From NCBI GenBank assembly GCA_964016885.1, contig OZ024740.1, forward strand, positions 190,712,001 through 190,776,000: a stretch of DNA of 64,000 bases. Direction: 5' to 3'. Position numbers and translations under genes: made by a program. Source of the stretch: Eledone cirrhosa. Lineage: Eukaryota. Shown here in pieces: positions 14,279-26,959 of the stretch. The notes under the pieces are model-generated. The model saw only the letters and a list, made by a program, of their open reading frames with translations. It made no database searches and was not told the origin of the DNA. Position 1 is the first letter of the stretch; the number at the start of each line of letters is the position of its first letter.

Positions 14279-15466
14279 TTAGTTGAAGTGGTGGTGGCAA
14301 CGATATACCGGAAGTGCAACTTTGAAAAAAAGTCAATTTACATTTTTCTTTTTTTTACGAAATTATTTTTGTTTACGAAATTTAGTAGATAAATAATGTA
14401 ATATTCATTCATTATTTATTCAAAGTAATCGAAACTCATTTTACTAACGGGATAACAAAAAATGAACCGTACGCAGTCCCGCAGACCTTCCTTTATTATC
14501 GTTTAGATACCTTTTCCAAGAATCTTCTAATTTATTTATTTCGTAATTTTATCATTTACACACTCTTAATCGAAGAAAGAAATTATGAGTCAACTTAATA
14601 TATCATGTAATATTTAGGGAGTTGTCCTGACATAAACAATTGTAAATCGGGAACAATATGTGTTCAAATATAAAGTCTGATAATAAATATGGTTTGCACA
14701 AGTCATAAAATGACTCTATATTGATGCTGATGAATTTGGCCAGTACGTGTTTTTCATTTAGAATTATCACATCTAATTCATACAAATCGTAGTTAAAAGT
14801 TTCAACCAAAAATGGCGTAGAAAATAATGAAATATAGAAACAAAAATAATAGTTTGACATTTTCTTACGTGCTTTTGTTTTGAAAATTCTGGACAACCAC
14901 ATAATTATTCTAAATATCGTTTCATTTCAAACAAAACATGATTCCATATATCGGGTTACGTGCTGTTGTTTGTCTGGTGGTGCTCCATTCAAATGAAATC
15001 TCTCGACATATTTCCATGAAACTTAGAGCCAAAAAATATTTGAATAAATGTATATATAAAAATATCCTAAGCTTAATAATATACTACTTGTCACACGACT
15101 CTCCCATTCATAATTTCCTAGGCCCTCTCAAACGAAATGTCAATAATAATAGTTTAATGGTATAGAATCGAAAGTGATTATACGCGCTGAATACGATGGA
15201 ATGATGAGGGCAGTTTTTGGTTCTATCAAGATGATATGTATTCTTTTAAAATGCATGTGAATTACATAGATTTGTGAAAATCTATGTAATTCACATGTAT
15301 TCTAAGAGAAAGGAAAATGCAATTTGTATGATTTTTAATTAGGCAAAACGTGAAGAACATGTCACTTAATCGATATTGAAGCTATATTCATTGTTAAGTA
15401 CATTTCGATTTTTCACTTTTCATACCTACAATTCGGAATCGTTTTAGTTAGTATATTTCCCAATTA

Positions 15467-15586
<120 letters not shown>

Positions 15587-15608
15587 CACACGTATATATA
15601 TATATATA

Positions 15609-15845
15609 GTAATAATAATAAAGTTGAAGACTAAAATGCAAAGAGGGCTCGATAAGGATAAATATATATCAAATATATAAGAACCGTAGATCAAATATTT
15701 ATTAAAATAACAGATTAAAGTTTAAGCAAAGAATCGCTGCTTTCACCCTTAACGGGATCTTCTGAAACTCCCGTTTCACAAGATCCCGTTAAGGGTGAAA
15801 GCACCGATTCTTTGCTTAAACTTTAATCTGTTATTTTAATAAATA
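15609..15845. mobile_element. Fold-back pseudo-LTR-like element with two inverted variant hammerhead-like motifs
   Basis: Arms 15695-15768 and 15773-15845 are reverse complements; homologous to 8856-9018 and 31631-31830; flanked by (TA)n. Confidence 0.75.
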
Positions 15846-15861
15846 TATATATATATAAATT

Positions 15862-16594
15862 ATCGAGAATCGCATTTCGGCCCACGTAAAAACGAAAAAC
15901 AACAGCCGAGAGGTGTGGCAAGTGCTCAATGATTCAGATGAACCAGAGCTATAACAAACGTTAAAGGCCAATCACACTGAGACGATGGTTAAACAATCAT
16001 TCGCATAGCAAAAAAAAGTAATTCGGGTCAAAAGAAATAAAAAATATCTGTGATTGAAAATTTACCCGGACCCCTGGAAGGTTGGTAAAATCCAGCATTT
16101 GGGTTTCTGCGGCTCCTAAATCAAATACTCTCCGTTTACATAAATAATGTTAGGCTTCTCATAAGAGGATTGAACAAGGAAACCACTTTCTGAACAGGTT
16201 TTAGTTCAATGTTAATACAAGGACTGACTATTACTGACCCCACGTGGGGATCGGCAGGGAGGCAACCCCTATATCAGGCGAATGAATTCAGTTGTGTATG
16301 TTATTGCAAGAATGCAAAAACATCACAAATCGAATAGAGTTCTCAACAGAAGGGTTAACATTAACATAAGCTATTCATCAGTCAATAGAATCAACTAAAA
16401 AATCAAGAAAATTAACTGGTCAATATCTAGAGTCGGGAGATTAATATAAATATAAATGATCGAGAATCACATTTCGCCCCACGAAAAAACGAAAAACAAC
16501 CTCCGAGATGTGTGGCAAGTGCTCAATGATTCAGATGAACCAGAGCTATAACGAACGTTAAAGGCCACCTGGTTCCTTACCAGATTTCCTTCGT

Positions 16595-16595
<1 letters not shown>
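15862..16595 (+). mobile_element. Non-coding element with ~110-bp terminal direct repeats (period ~597) and a Penelope-family tail
   Basis: 15862-15970 repeats at 16459-16567; ends CCACCTGGTTCCTTACCAGATTTCCTTCGTT + (TA)n. Diverged relative at 56697-56995. Confidence 0.7.
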
Positions 16596-16659
<64 letters not shown>

Positions 16660-16781
16660 GGAGAGAGAGAGAGAGAGAGAGAGAAAAAATTGAGGTTGGC
16701 ACATGGAATATATAAGAAACAGAAAATTTTTTTGTGAAAAAACATATAATTTTATAAGGTAAGAAAAGAATAAAGGGTATA

Positions 16782-16831
16782 AAAAATGACCGGTTTCGAT
16801 GGGTCTGAAAAAGCCATCTTTTCAAATGTTG
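16782..16831 (-). ncRNA. Minimal hammerhead ribozyme, U3-A8 core variant
   Basis: Minus strand: CAACAT-TTGAAAA-GATGG(11 nt)CCATC-GAAA-CCGG-TC-ATTTT. Palindromic stem III ACCGGT; one mismatch in stem I. Lies in an inverted segment just upstream of the Penelope ORF. Confidence 0.65.
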
Positions 16832-17154
16832 ATTAATATTAAGAAAAATTAATAATAAGAAGAGTTAAAATTTGAGATTTGAAAATTCAAGTATAAAATT
16901 CAGTGTGGGATTTCATAGTAGTTTTCATCTTGGTAGCAGCAAGTTGACTGCTGAGTGCCTTTCTGGTAGTGAATGAGGAGTTATTTGTGGGGAATGTTTT
17001 TTTTATAAATGTCAGATTTAGCAATGGCCAGATGGCCAGCTGCTGGTCAGTGAGGGGGTGGAAGCAATATACATACATATATCTCCCTGTGGTCGGTAGG
17101 AGAGGGGAAAGTGATAGAAATGGATTTAGTGCACTTACACCTATATACACACAC

Positions 17155-18965
17155 ATTTAACATTTTAGAAAACAACACATACTATGAAAAAACAGAAAAC
17201 TACAAACACACCAAAACAATGGGGAACCTTTTGACCGTACTGAATAAATACCGCAACAGCTTAACCATAAAAGAGTGTAACTATATAAGCCACTTCAAAT
17301 GCAATACAATCTCTTTTTACGGCTTACCTAAACTCCACAAATGTAAACTCATAAATGATGCATGTGACACCTCAACCAACAATTACATTGAACTAACACC
17401 ACCAGAAGACCTAAAACTCAGGCCAATTATAGCAGGCCCTACATGTGAAACCCACAGACTTAGCAACTTTCTGGACATCCTACTGAAACCCTTTCTACAA
17501 CATATACAGAGCTACATACGAGATGACCTTGACATGCTGAAACACCTCCCTAAAACAGTAAGTGCAAATACAATTCTTGTCTCCTTTGACGTAATAAACC
17601 TTTACACAAACATACCCCACAACTATGGAATAACAGCAGTCCAATACTGGCTTAACACACACCCATCAGAAATACCGACACGCATCAATAAAGATTTTAT
17701 CACTGACGGACTCCGCTTTATCCTACAAAATAACTACTTCACATTCAATGGTTCAACATACAGACAAGTATCAGGTACTGCAATGGGAAGGAAAGTAGCA
17801 CCCACATATGCCAACTGGTCATGGGATTCCATGAACAACAATTATACAGTCAGTCCCTTCTCTTATTTGGAGACTCTTTCCACACACACCTCAAAGCCAA
17901 TTGGAAAAGATATCTAGACGACTGCTTTATCCTATGGCAAGAAGACATGAACTAACTTACTATGTTTAAAAACATGATAAACGACATAGATAATAACATA
18001 CAATTCACAATGGAATCCAATCCCAAGGAATTAGCCTTCTTGGATATTCTCATCTCTGTAATAGACGGGACATTAGATACAGATATATTCTATAAACCCA
18101 CAGATTCCAAGCAATACCTCTTTTTCACATCAAGTCACCCAAAACATACAAAACTTAACATTCCTTACAATTTGGCCAAACGTATATGTACCATAGTATC
18201 AGTAAACGGGAGCAAAGACTAAAGGAACTAAAAGACACCCTTATCTTAAGAGCTTTTCCACTTGAAATAATCAACAATGGAATAGACAGGGCAAAACACC
18301 TAAATCCCCATCAACTTAACAATCCAAAACAGAAAACCACACTCAACACCCTGCCATATGTATCCACTTTCAACCCCAGAAATACCGAAATGTTTGATCA
18401 TCTACACACAAACCTCCCCATCCTACTTAAAGATGTAACAATGAAGTCTATTCTTGAAACACACAAGATCCTTAAAAGTAAAAGACAACCCAAATCACTA
18501 AAACGCATTCTCTCTGGACCAAATATACCCAAACCAATCCTCAACCATACAGTTACCAAATGTGGTAGAACAAACTGTGTAACGTGCCTCTACCTCACTG
18601 AAGGACAGAAATTTACATTTAAAGATGGCCAAACATTTACAGTAAAAAACAATTCCACCTGCAAATCGGAGAACTTGATTTACGCAATAACTTGCGGTGG
18701 GTGCAAACACAACTACATAGGACAGACGGGCACCTCATTGCGCAAAAGAATGACCATCCACCGCCAACAAATCCGGGACGCTAACACAAGAAAAATCCCC
18801 TTGAGCAGCCATATTGCGAACTGCGCAGGAATGACACTACCCAACTTTAAAATCTTCCCCTTCTACAAGTGCTCAGATTCGTTCAGACATCAACAAAAAA
18901 TAAACAAAGAAAATCTATTCCTTAACAAATTTAAACCAAAACTAAACGGGTTATCACCCCAATAG
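17155..18965 (+). pseudogene. Penelope-like retroelement ORF: reverse transcriptase + GIY-YIG endonuclease; 5'-truncated, about 2 frameshifts
   Basis: FYGLPKLHK, RPII, LVSFDVINLYTNIP, GTAMG..APTYAN, WKRYLDDCF (~17902-17928), FLDI..FYKPTDSKQYL..SSHP, C-x4-C-x2-C linker, NLIYAITC..C...YIGQTG..LRKRM..H. Confidence 0.95.
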
Positions 18966-19410
18966 AATTGTCATAAAATATAAACACACATACGCACGGA
19001 ATCACTACTATTAAAGACCAGAGACTAATTCTGTAGAATCAGGTTTATTCGTTGACAGACCATGCCTTTGTGTGACCAACACATCCATGTTAAACCCTGC
19101 ACGTGCACACACATATATCTATATATATATGCGCACAAAGAATTCACCACTGTCGGTTGCGGGGCCCAATCTACATGAAGAACTCAATGTGATCAGAATG
19201 ACTTGTATTTTAATTTCACTGTCCCAACTTCTTATATTATGGAAAAATATATGTGTATGTATGTGTATATATATATATATATCTGGAGGCCATTTCTCTG
19301 TGTGTGGGTGTATGTATGTGTATATGTGTGTGTGTGTGTGTATGTGTGTGCATGTGGATGTATGTATTCAATTTTCTCCCTAACCTTCGTTTTATGTAGA
19401 AACTTACCCT

Positions 19411-19473
<63 letters not shown>

Positions 19474-19496
19474 TATATAAATATATATATATATAT

Positions 19497-19592
<96 letters not shown>

Positions 19593-19683
19593 CGAAGGAA
19601 ATGTGGTAAGGAAACAGGTGGACGTTAACGCACCAAAGTACTCAATACTTAGTGTAGTAGAGTTTTTAATAGGAACGAGTAGG

Positions 19684-19786
19684 ACCCCGACGGCTGAGCT
19701 CAAGCCGTTTCGACGGCTAATTCTGGACTAAATGAACATTTTTATCCTGGTATGTGAATAGCCGAGCTTCTCAAGGGGTAATTCCA
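19684..19786 (-). ncRNA. Hammerhead ribozyme variant (U3-A8 core, extended stem II, stable stem III)
   Basis: ACCCC-TTGAGAA-GCTCGGCTA(~40 nt)TAGCCGTC-GAAA-CGGC-TTGAGCTCA-GCCG-TC-GGGGT. The inverted copy at 21401-21502 has a damaged core (CTGCGAA, GGA). Confidence 0.6.
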
Positions 19787-20924
19787 TATATGGTAAAAGT
19801 GACTGTCAAAAGAATTGGTCAAAAGTTTGTGGTTGAGACACACAATTCTCTCATGCAATTTGTGGAAGGAAGGGGTAGCTGAACCTGCCAGTAGAAGAAA
19901 GAGGGAGAGGGAGTGGAGGAAACCCAGTCGTGCGTTGATAGTGCCAACTACAGCCGGGCAGGAGGTCAAACAAGTATACTAGGGAGGGGGAGGGGAGGAA
20001 GTCGAAAGAATAAGTAAATCATTATGGAGTAAATATAGAGAAGAATACCAAGAATGTTAAAAATATAAAAACACAATTTGTGGATACTATTCCCTAACGA
20101 CAGTCATCAAGTCTCTCACTGGTACTGCTAAATAATAGAAAAGTTTACTAGGTGGGATGGAATTGTAATCAAACCATTTTAAGTGTTAGTAGTAATCAAC
20201 CGAGTATATCTTACGGTGATAGGTCAACAAGTGGGGGGCCACAATACTAAAGAAACTACCGCGAAATAATAATTCAGAGTCCCGAAACTAATACGAAATA
20301 AATGTTTCCACCCTAGGCACAAGGCTAGCAACCACCCAGTGCAAAAAATTAAACTAATACGAAATAATAATTCAGAATCCCGAAAATGAATACTAATACT
20401 ATCTCTAAGGTTGCCGCTGCGATACAAAAATTCTAGTGCAAACTACATAAATGCTGGTACGAGGTATATGAAAAATTTGATACGGAAAATTAATTCAGAA
20501 TCCCCCCCCCCCAAAAAAAAATACTGATATACGAGAAATTAAAGCAGAGATACCACTAAGAAATGTAGAAAGCACGGAAATGGGGCAGCCATCGGATAAG
20601 AAAGCAAGTATCTGGGGTCAATCCCATCTGCTATAATAAGCGGAGTCGGCCAATTCTATCATATAATAGGGGATGGGGTGGGGGTACTGAGGCTACAAAG
20701 GACCGAGGGGCTGCCTCGGGTGGTCGAGAAAATGAAAAGGACGACGACAAAGAAGGAGGACTGGGGAGGAAGGACTAGGAAGGGATGGGGGAATAAGGAA
20801 ATATAGAGGAAACGATAAAAATATATAAAAGAAGATCTTACGTCTACCCTTGCAAGCAGGGGTTACACATTACAAAGTCGGAAACTGGGGTGTTACAGCC
20901 CTTGTCTAACGCCCGGGTCATTAT

Positions 20925-21235
20925 GGGGTTTGAGGGCGAAGTAAGTCATACACAATCTGTGTTTGCATGCAGTTAGCAGTTCGTCTTTCTTGTATAAGAG
21001 TTGGTCCGTCGAAAACAGCATTTGTAAAGTTTCCTCCGAGCATAAATTGCACGGACGGCGTCCTACCGTGTAAGAGTTGGCTCTGGACAGTAAGCTCCAA
21101 GTAAGATCCTAAGTAATATTGGTATCTTTGAGGTCCCAGATATGGCCCGAAATTGTGGTGGCGTGAAGCCGGGCCGGGTTTCGCAAGGTATGTCTGTGTT
21201 GGTATAGCCGGGTCTAGAAGTCACATGCGGTTCAT
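20925..21235 (-). pseudogene. GIY-YIG endonuclease C-terminal fragment of a Penelope-like element
   Basis: Manual minus-strand translation: DF*TRLYQHRHTLRNPARLHATTISGHIWDLKDTNIT*DLTWSLLSRANSYTVGRRPCNLCSEETLQML...LLYKKDELLTACKHR. Matches the PLE pattern ..HIW.LK...W.....Y....C.LC..E....EL...C.H. Confidence 0.75.
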
Positions 21236-21511
21236 CCTATATAAGCAAACGCACGACTGGGTTTACTCCATTCCCTCTCCCTATTTCTTCTACTAGCAGG
21301 TTCCCTCTACCCCTTCCTTCCACAAGTTGCCATGATATAATTATGTGTCTCAACAACACACTTTTGACCAATCCTTGTGACAATTACTTTTACCATATAT
21401 GGAATTACCCCCTGCGAAGATCGGCTATTCAAATACCATGATAAACATTTTCATTTAGTCCATAATTAGCCGTCGGACGGCTTGAGCTCAGCTGTCGGGG
21501 TCTTACTCGTT

Positions 21512-21629
<118 letters not shown>

Positions 21630-21728
21630 AGTATATATATATATTTATATATTTATATATTTTTATATATATATATCTGGAAAGAATTAGATATTCAGAC
21701 AGCTAATTCCGTACTGTATATATATATA

Positions 21729-21781
<53 letters not shown>

Positions 21782-21943
21782 TACGGAATTAGCTGTCTGT
21801 ATACCTAATTCTTTCCATTGGGAATTCTCTGAATTTCAAATCTCCTGATTAGTGAAACCGTCGGTAACGGCAATAGAACACGTGAATATTTAAAACGTAT
21901 TTTAATTTATTTAAAAGATTGTTTGATGATACTTGTGGCGCTG

Positions 21944-22022
<79 letters not shown>

Positions 22023-22046
22023 AATAAGCGCAACATGTATCATCAA

Positions 22047-22094
<48 letters not shown>

Positions 22095-22133
22095 AGCGCA
22101 ACATGTATCATCAAATATATCTATCTATATCTA

Positions 22134-22535
22134 AGGCGGGTAAAATTCCCGAGATCCATGGACGAGTTCTCTCCAGCGGTCTCTGTCCCTCATTATCGCT
22201 GCCATATCCTGGATCTCCAACAGACCAGTGTCTGTCCTTAGGGCATCAACATATGTTAACCTTGGTCTTCCTCTTCTAGTGTGTCCATGTAGGGGCTCCT
22301 AAAGGAGCACTGAGTGCAATGTCAACTCTGGATGTCGGTAAGCATGTCCAGCCAACCTCAGTCTTCTCGGTGTCACTTTTGAGCTGACTTTCGGGATGCT
22401 CCCATACAGCTCTGAGTTTTTCATCCTCAGTGTATATTGATTAATGTTCAGAGCCATCCTCACCATTCTCGTGTAGCACCCATCCACCATCTGAGTGAGT
22501 CTTTTGGTCAGTGTCCAAGTCTCAGAGCCATACAT
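22134..22535 (-). mobile_element. RTE-clade LINE 3' fragment
   Basis: YGSETWTLTKR..DGCYTRMVRMALNI..RLRLAGHAYRH; near-identical to 46690-47085, with the same 3' end GGAATTTTACCCGCC. Confidence 0.88.
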
Positions 22536-22575
<40 letters not shown>

Positions 22576-23289
22576 TAAAAAGGAAAGGAAAATGTTGACA
22601 AATGTTTCCCGCTGAGAAATAGTTTAATTAGGAATATGTATAAATTAGTTTTGACTACAAGATACATTTTTTTGACTACAATAATTTTTGCAACCCGAAT
22701 TGGCGCGAAATGTATAGTGCTTATTCACGTGATATTCAAAAACTAATCAGATCTTAAAACCTCATAAGCCACTTTCTTCACATAAAACAGGAAGAATTTC
22801 CAAAACTAATAAGATTAGAGCAAAAATCACGAGCACTCTATTTCAAAAGCACAAGAAATGCGCAATCGGTAAAAACTTAAAACTAAAACTGAATATTAAC
22901 TAATACTTATTACTAATTTATAATTATTCCTAATTAAACTAACTTTCCCTTTCACTAATATATCACCAATTCGTGTGTCACACCTCTATTTTTTTAAATA
23001 TGTATATATATATATATATATCATAAAACATGTCTATAGAATCACAAGATAACATATATACTATTTGCTCTCCCAATTAGCATAATTAACTATATAAAAA
23101 ATCGAATAGACCAAGCTATACGAATGAGGCTTCTATGAAGGAATCTCCGACAAATAACCGAAACTAGCGCTTCCTGTCGGCCGTAGTGGAATATTTATCG
23201 TATATTTCGACAGCGTAATCGCCTAGATATAGTCAACTAAACAGAATTAGGTTTAAAATAAACTAGGAGAAAATAGAATACATTTAAAT

Positions 23290-23377
23290 ACCTCTACCAT
23301 GGTTTCGTCCGTATTTTGAGTTTTCCAATAATTATGTAATAATTATATAAACTCGATCGCCGGATTCTTCAGGAAGC
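23290..23377 (-). ncRNA. Hammerhead ribozyme (unit 1)
   Basis: GCTTC-CTGAAGA-ATCCG(long loop containing a GAGTTT/AAACTC stem)CGGAC-GAAA-CCATGG-TA-GAGGT; palindromic stem III ACCATGGT; GUA site. Confidence 0.8.
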
Positions 23378-23948
23378 TCGCTCATATCTAGACATTACTT
23401 TTTCCAAAGCGATCGCGCCAAGAATTCCTTTCAAAATGGCTGAAAATCGTGACGTAGTCGCGGTCAAGTTGGAAGGGTGTGGTAGTTGCTTACGACTGGT
23501 GGCATGTTTGCTAGAAAGCACAGCACAATACAGCCAAATTTGTATCTCTACCTAGTGGGAGATTATTATATATAAAAGTTTACATATATATATACATACA
23601 CATACATATACGTGTTTTGCAACTGGTCACTTTGTGGCTCAATGAAAAATTAATAAATTAAACAATCAGAGCTATATATCATAAAACATGTCTATAGAAT
23701 CACAAGATAACATATATACTATTTCCTCTCCCAATTAGCATAATTATCTATATAAAACAATCGAATAGACCAGGCTATACGAATGAGGCTTCTATGAAGG
23801 AATCTCCGACAAATAACCGAAACTAGCGCTTCGCGTCGGCCGTAATGGAATATTTATCGTATATTTCGACAGCGTAATCGCCTAGATATAGTCAACTAAA
23901 CAGAATTAGGTTTAAAATAAACTAGGAGAAAATAGAATACATGTAAAT

Positions 23949-24036
23949 ACCTCTACCATGGTTTCGTCCGTGTTTTGAGTTTTCCAATAATTATGTAATA
24001 ATTATATAAACTCGATCGCCGGATTCTTCAGGAAGC
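23949..24036 (-). ncRNA. Hammerhead ribozyme (unit 2)
   Basis: Same fold and intact core as 23290-23377. Confidence 0.8.
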
Positions 24037-24593
24037 TCGCTCATATCTAGACATTACTTTTTCCAAAGCGATCGCGCCAAGAATTCCTTTCAAAATGGCT
24101 GAAAATCGTGACGTAGTCGCGGTCAAGTTGGAAGGGTGTGGTAGTTGCTTACGAATGGTGGCATGTTTGCTTGAAAGCACAGCACAATGCAGCCAAATTT
24201 GTATCTCAACCTAGTGGGAGATTATTATATATAAAAGTTTACATATATATATACATACACATACATATACGTGTTTTGCAACTGGTCACTTTGTGGCTCA
24301 ATGAAAAATGAATAAATTAAACAATCAGAGCTATATATCATAAAACATGTCTATAGAATCACAAGATAACATATATACTATTTCCTCTCCCAATTAGCAT
24401 AATTATATATATAAAACAATCGAATAGACCAGGCTATACGAATGAGGCTTCTATGAAGGAATCTCCGACAAATAACCGAAACTAGCGCTTCGCGTCGGCC
24501 GTAGTGGAATATGTATCGTATATTTCGAGAGCGTAATCGCCTAAACAGAATTAGGTTTAAAATAAACTAGGAGAAAATAGAATACATTTAAAT

Positions 24594-24681
24594 ACCTCTA
24601 CCATGGTTTCGTCCGTGTTTTGAGATTTCCAATAATTATGTAATAATTATATAAACTCGAGCGCCGGATTCTTCAGGAAGC
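24594..24681 (-). ncRNA. Hammerhead ribozyme (unit 3)
   Basis: Same fold and intact core as 23290-23377. Confidence 0.8.
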
Positions 24682-25680
24682 TCGCTCATATCTATACATT
24701 AAATTTTCCAAAGCGATCGCGCCAAGAATTCATTTCAGAATGGCTAAAAATCGTGGTCTATTCGATTTTTTATATAGTTAATTATAATTGGGAGAGGAAA
24801 TAGTATATATTTTATCTTGTGATTCTATAGACATGTTTTATGATATATAGCTCTGATTGTTTAATTTATTATTTTTTCATTCAGCCACAAAGTGACCAGT
24901 TGTAAAACACGTATATGTATGTGTATGTATATATATATGTACACTTTTATATATATATATATATATATGTATTCATATATGTATGTATGTGCGTGTGCTT
25001 TTGGCTGCAGATGTATATATACGCACATATATAATTGATATTCAGGCAAACATTCCAATAATGTAACTTGCATTCAATCAAAATTAATATTTTTAACAAA
25101 TAAATCGATATTTTACATGCTTTATATGAAAGTAGAAGCGATTAAGAGAAAGCATTGAAAAAATCTTTATTCTTTGTAATATTGGAAATTGTGATAAATC
25201 TGTATATACAATAAATAGTTTTTTCTTCTTTCACTTCCAGTTTCATCTAATGTTACAATTAAATCTTGTGCTGATCTCTTCTTAAACTTTGATATTAAAT
25301 TTGAAATGCTTGCCAGGAATACTTTTACTGCATTATATATCTTCTATTCTTTTCGGTTTTACATAAACTAAATTACAAAACAATATCACAGATGAAATTT
25401 TACGATTGAGTAAACCCTACAGTATTTGTGTCTGTGAATCAATAATCTAAACTATCATTCACCAAACAGTTTTCCGTTCTTATTTCCTTTTGTAATTTGC
25501 AATCGTGCCTTGTGAAATGCTATTGATTCGTTTTAGTCGTTCTTTTTTATACATTACATCACTTCGTATTTGAAGTCATTCAGGCGTACATATTTCATAC
25601 ACACGCGAAGACATAAAAGCATATATATATATATCAAATTTTAACATACAAGCACACACACACACACACACACACACATA

Positions 25681-25796
<116 letters not shown>

Positions 25797-26417
25797 GCTG
25801 ACTATAAAATGGTATTTTATGGTGAAATGCAATATGGCTGCACGTTTTTCAGTGGATACTAAAATTTCTAATTATACAGTTAGAAGCAACTTAAAATACA
25901 GTGCGATGGTGAAACGCTTAATACTAAAAAAACTACCTTTTATAGATTATGTGAGCAACTTTCATTGAATTGTTCGATTCAATTATTTGTATATATATGT
26001 TTATTCCCGCAAAGTAGTTTCGTTTCACACATCTGATAAATTTTACATGATGTCATATGTCGATTGTACAAAAGAAATGCTCAGCTGTTATGAAATAGTA
26101 GTTTATGAGCGTAACACTAGTTTCATTAATGAAGATGGAATTAAACCCGCGAGAGTATTTTCAATATACGGATTATGTCATATTTCCGCAAATTCGTAAC
26201 AAATGTGTCTTTATATAGCTGATAAATTTCTTATAATGCTAACGTACATTGTATAACTCACTTTTAAGAATTCAATTTTCTCATTAAATATAGCGATGTG
26301 TTTACTTAGAGGAAACATGTGAATCTTTAATTTGAACATATATATATATTATACAGGTATTACAAACGAATTTCATCTTTTGTCTTTTTATTATAATTCA
26401 GAGGGCTAGAAGTAAAC

Positions 26418-26418
<1 letters not shown>

Positions 26419-26448
<30 letters not shown>

Positions 26449-26525
26449 CTTCTTCTTCTTCTTCTTCTTCTTCTTCTTCTTCTTCTTCTTCTTCTTCTTC
26501 TTCTTCTTCTTCTTCTTCTTCTTCT
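26419..26525. repeat. (CTT)n microsatellite, probably the (GAA)n tail of a minus-strand LINE
   Basis: Read directly; adjacent minus-strand sequence encodes GHVVRMSEE, typical of a LINE C-terminus. Confidence 0.85.
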
Positions 26526-26959
26526 TTGTCCGCTTATTCCTGAGAGATTCTTCGAGGGGATAAAGTCCCCAAACACCCCTTTCAGCAGGTCCTCTCAGAA
26601 GCAACCATCTCCAACTTATCCAGCGAATATTTCCTCAGACATTCTAACAACATGCCCCATTACCCATAGTATCGGTGTTGTGATTTCCCCATTCAGCGAA
26701 ATGACCATATGTAAATTTTAATACGAATACCGAAATGACGATAGCGAGTTTGGCATTTACACCTGCCTACTTTCTTCCGATTATCGAATCTTAAAGCTGG
26801 TGCATTATCACACCAGCTCATGGAATCAATGCACTTAATGAGGCCTCCTGATTTCTATCAGTGGCGGATGGACAGTGTGGGATCCGCCCCGGACGCAGCA
26901 CAGCGGAACGAATATTCATAATGCAGCAGGTCTTCGAGAAATCCTGGGTATATATATGT

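Larger units (their letters stand above)
23021..24950 (-). mobile_element. Tandem array of ~659-bp non-coding units (about 2.6 copies) plus ~200-bp inverted arm; retrozyme-like
   Basis: TCATAAAACATGTC recurs at 23021, 23679 and 24338; inverted arm 24754-24950; one hammerhead per unit; flanked by (TA)n. Confidence 0.85.

Noticed and set aside
23021-24950. CRISPR array or simple satellite
   Set aside because: Units are ~660 bp with no unique spacers or cas genes, in a eukaryotic context.
26398-26604. Poly-Lys ORF
   Set aside because: (GAA)n repeat, probably a LINE tail.
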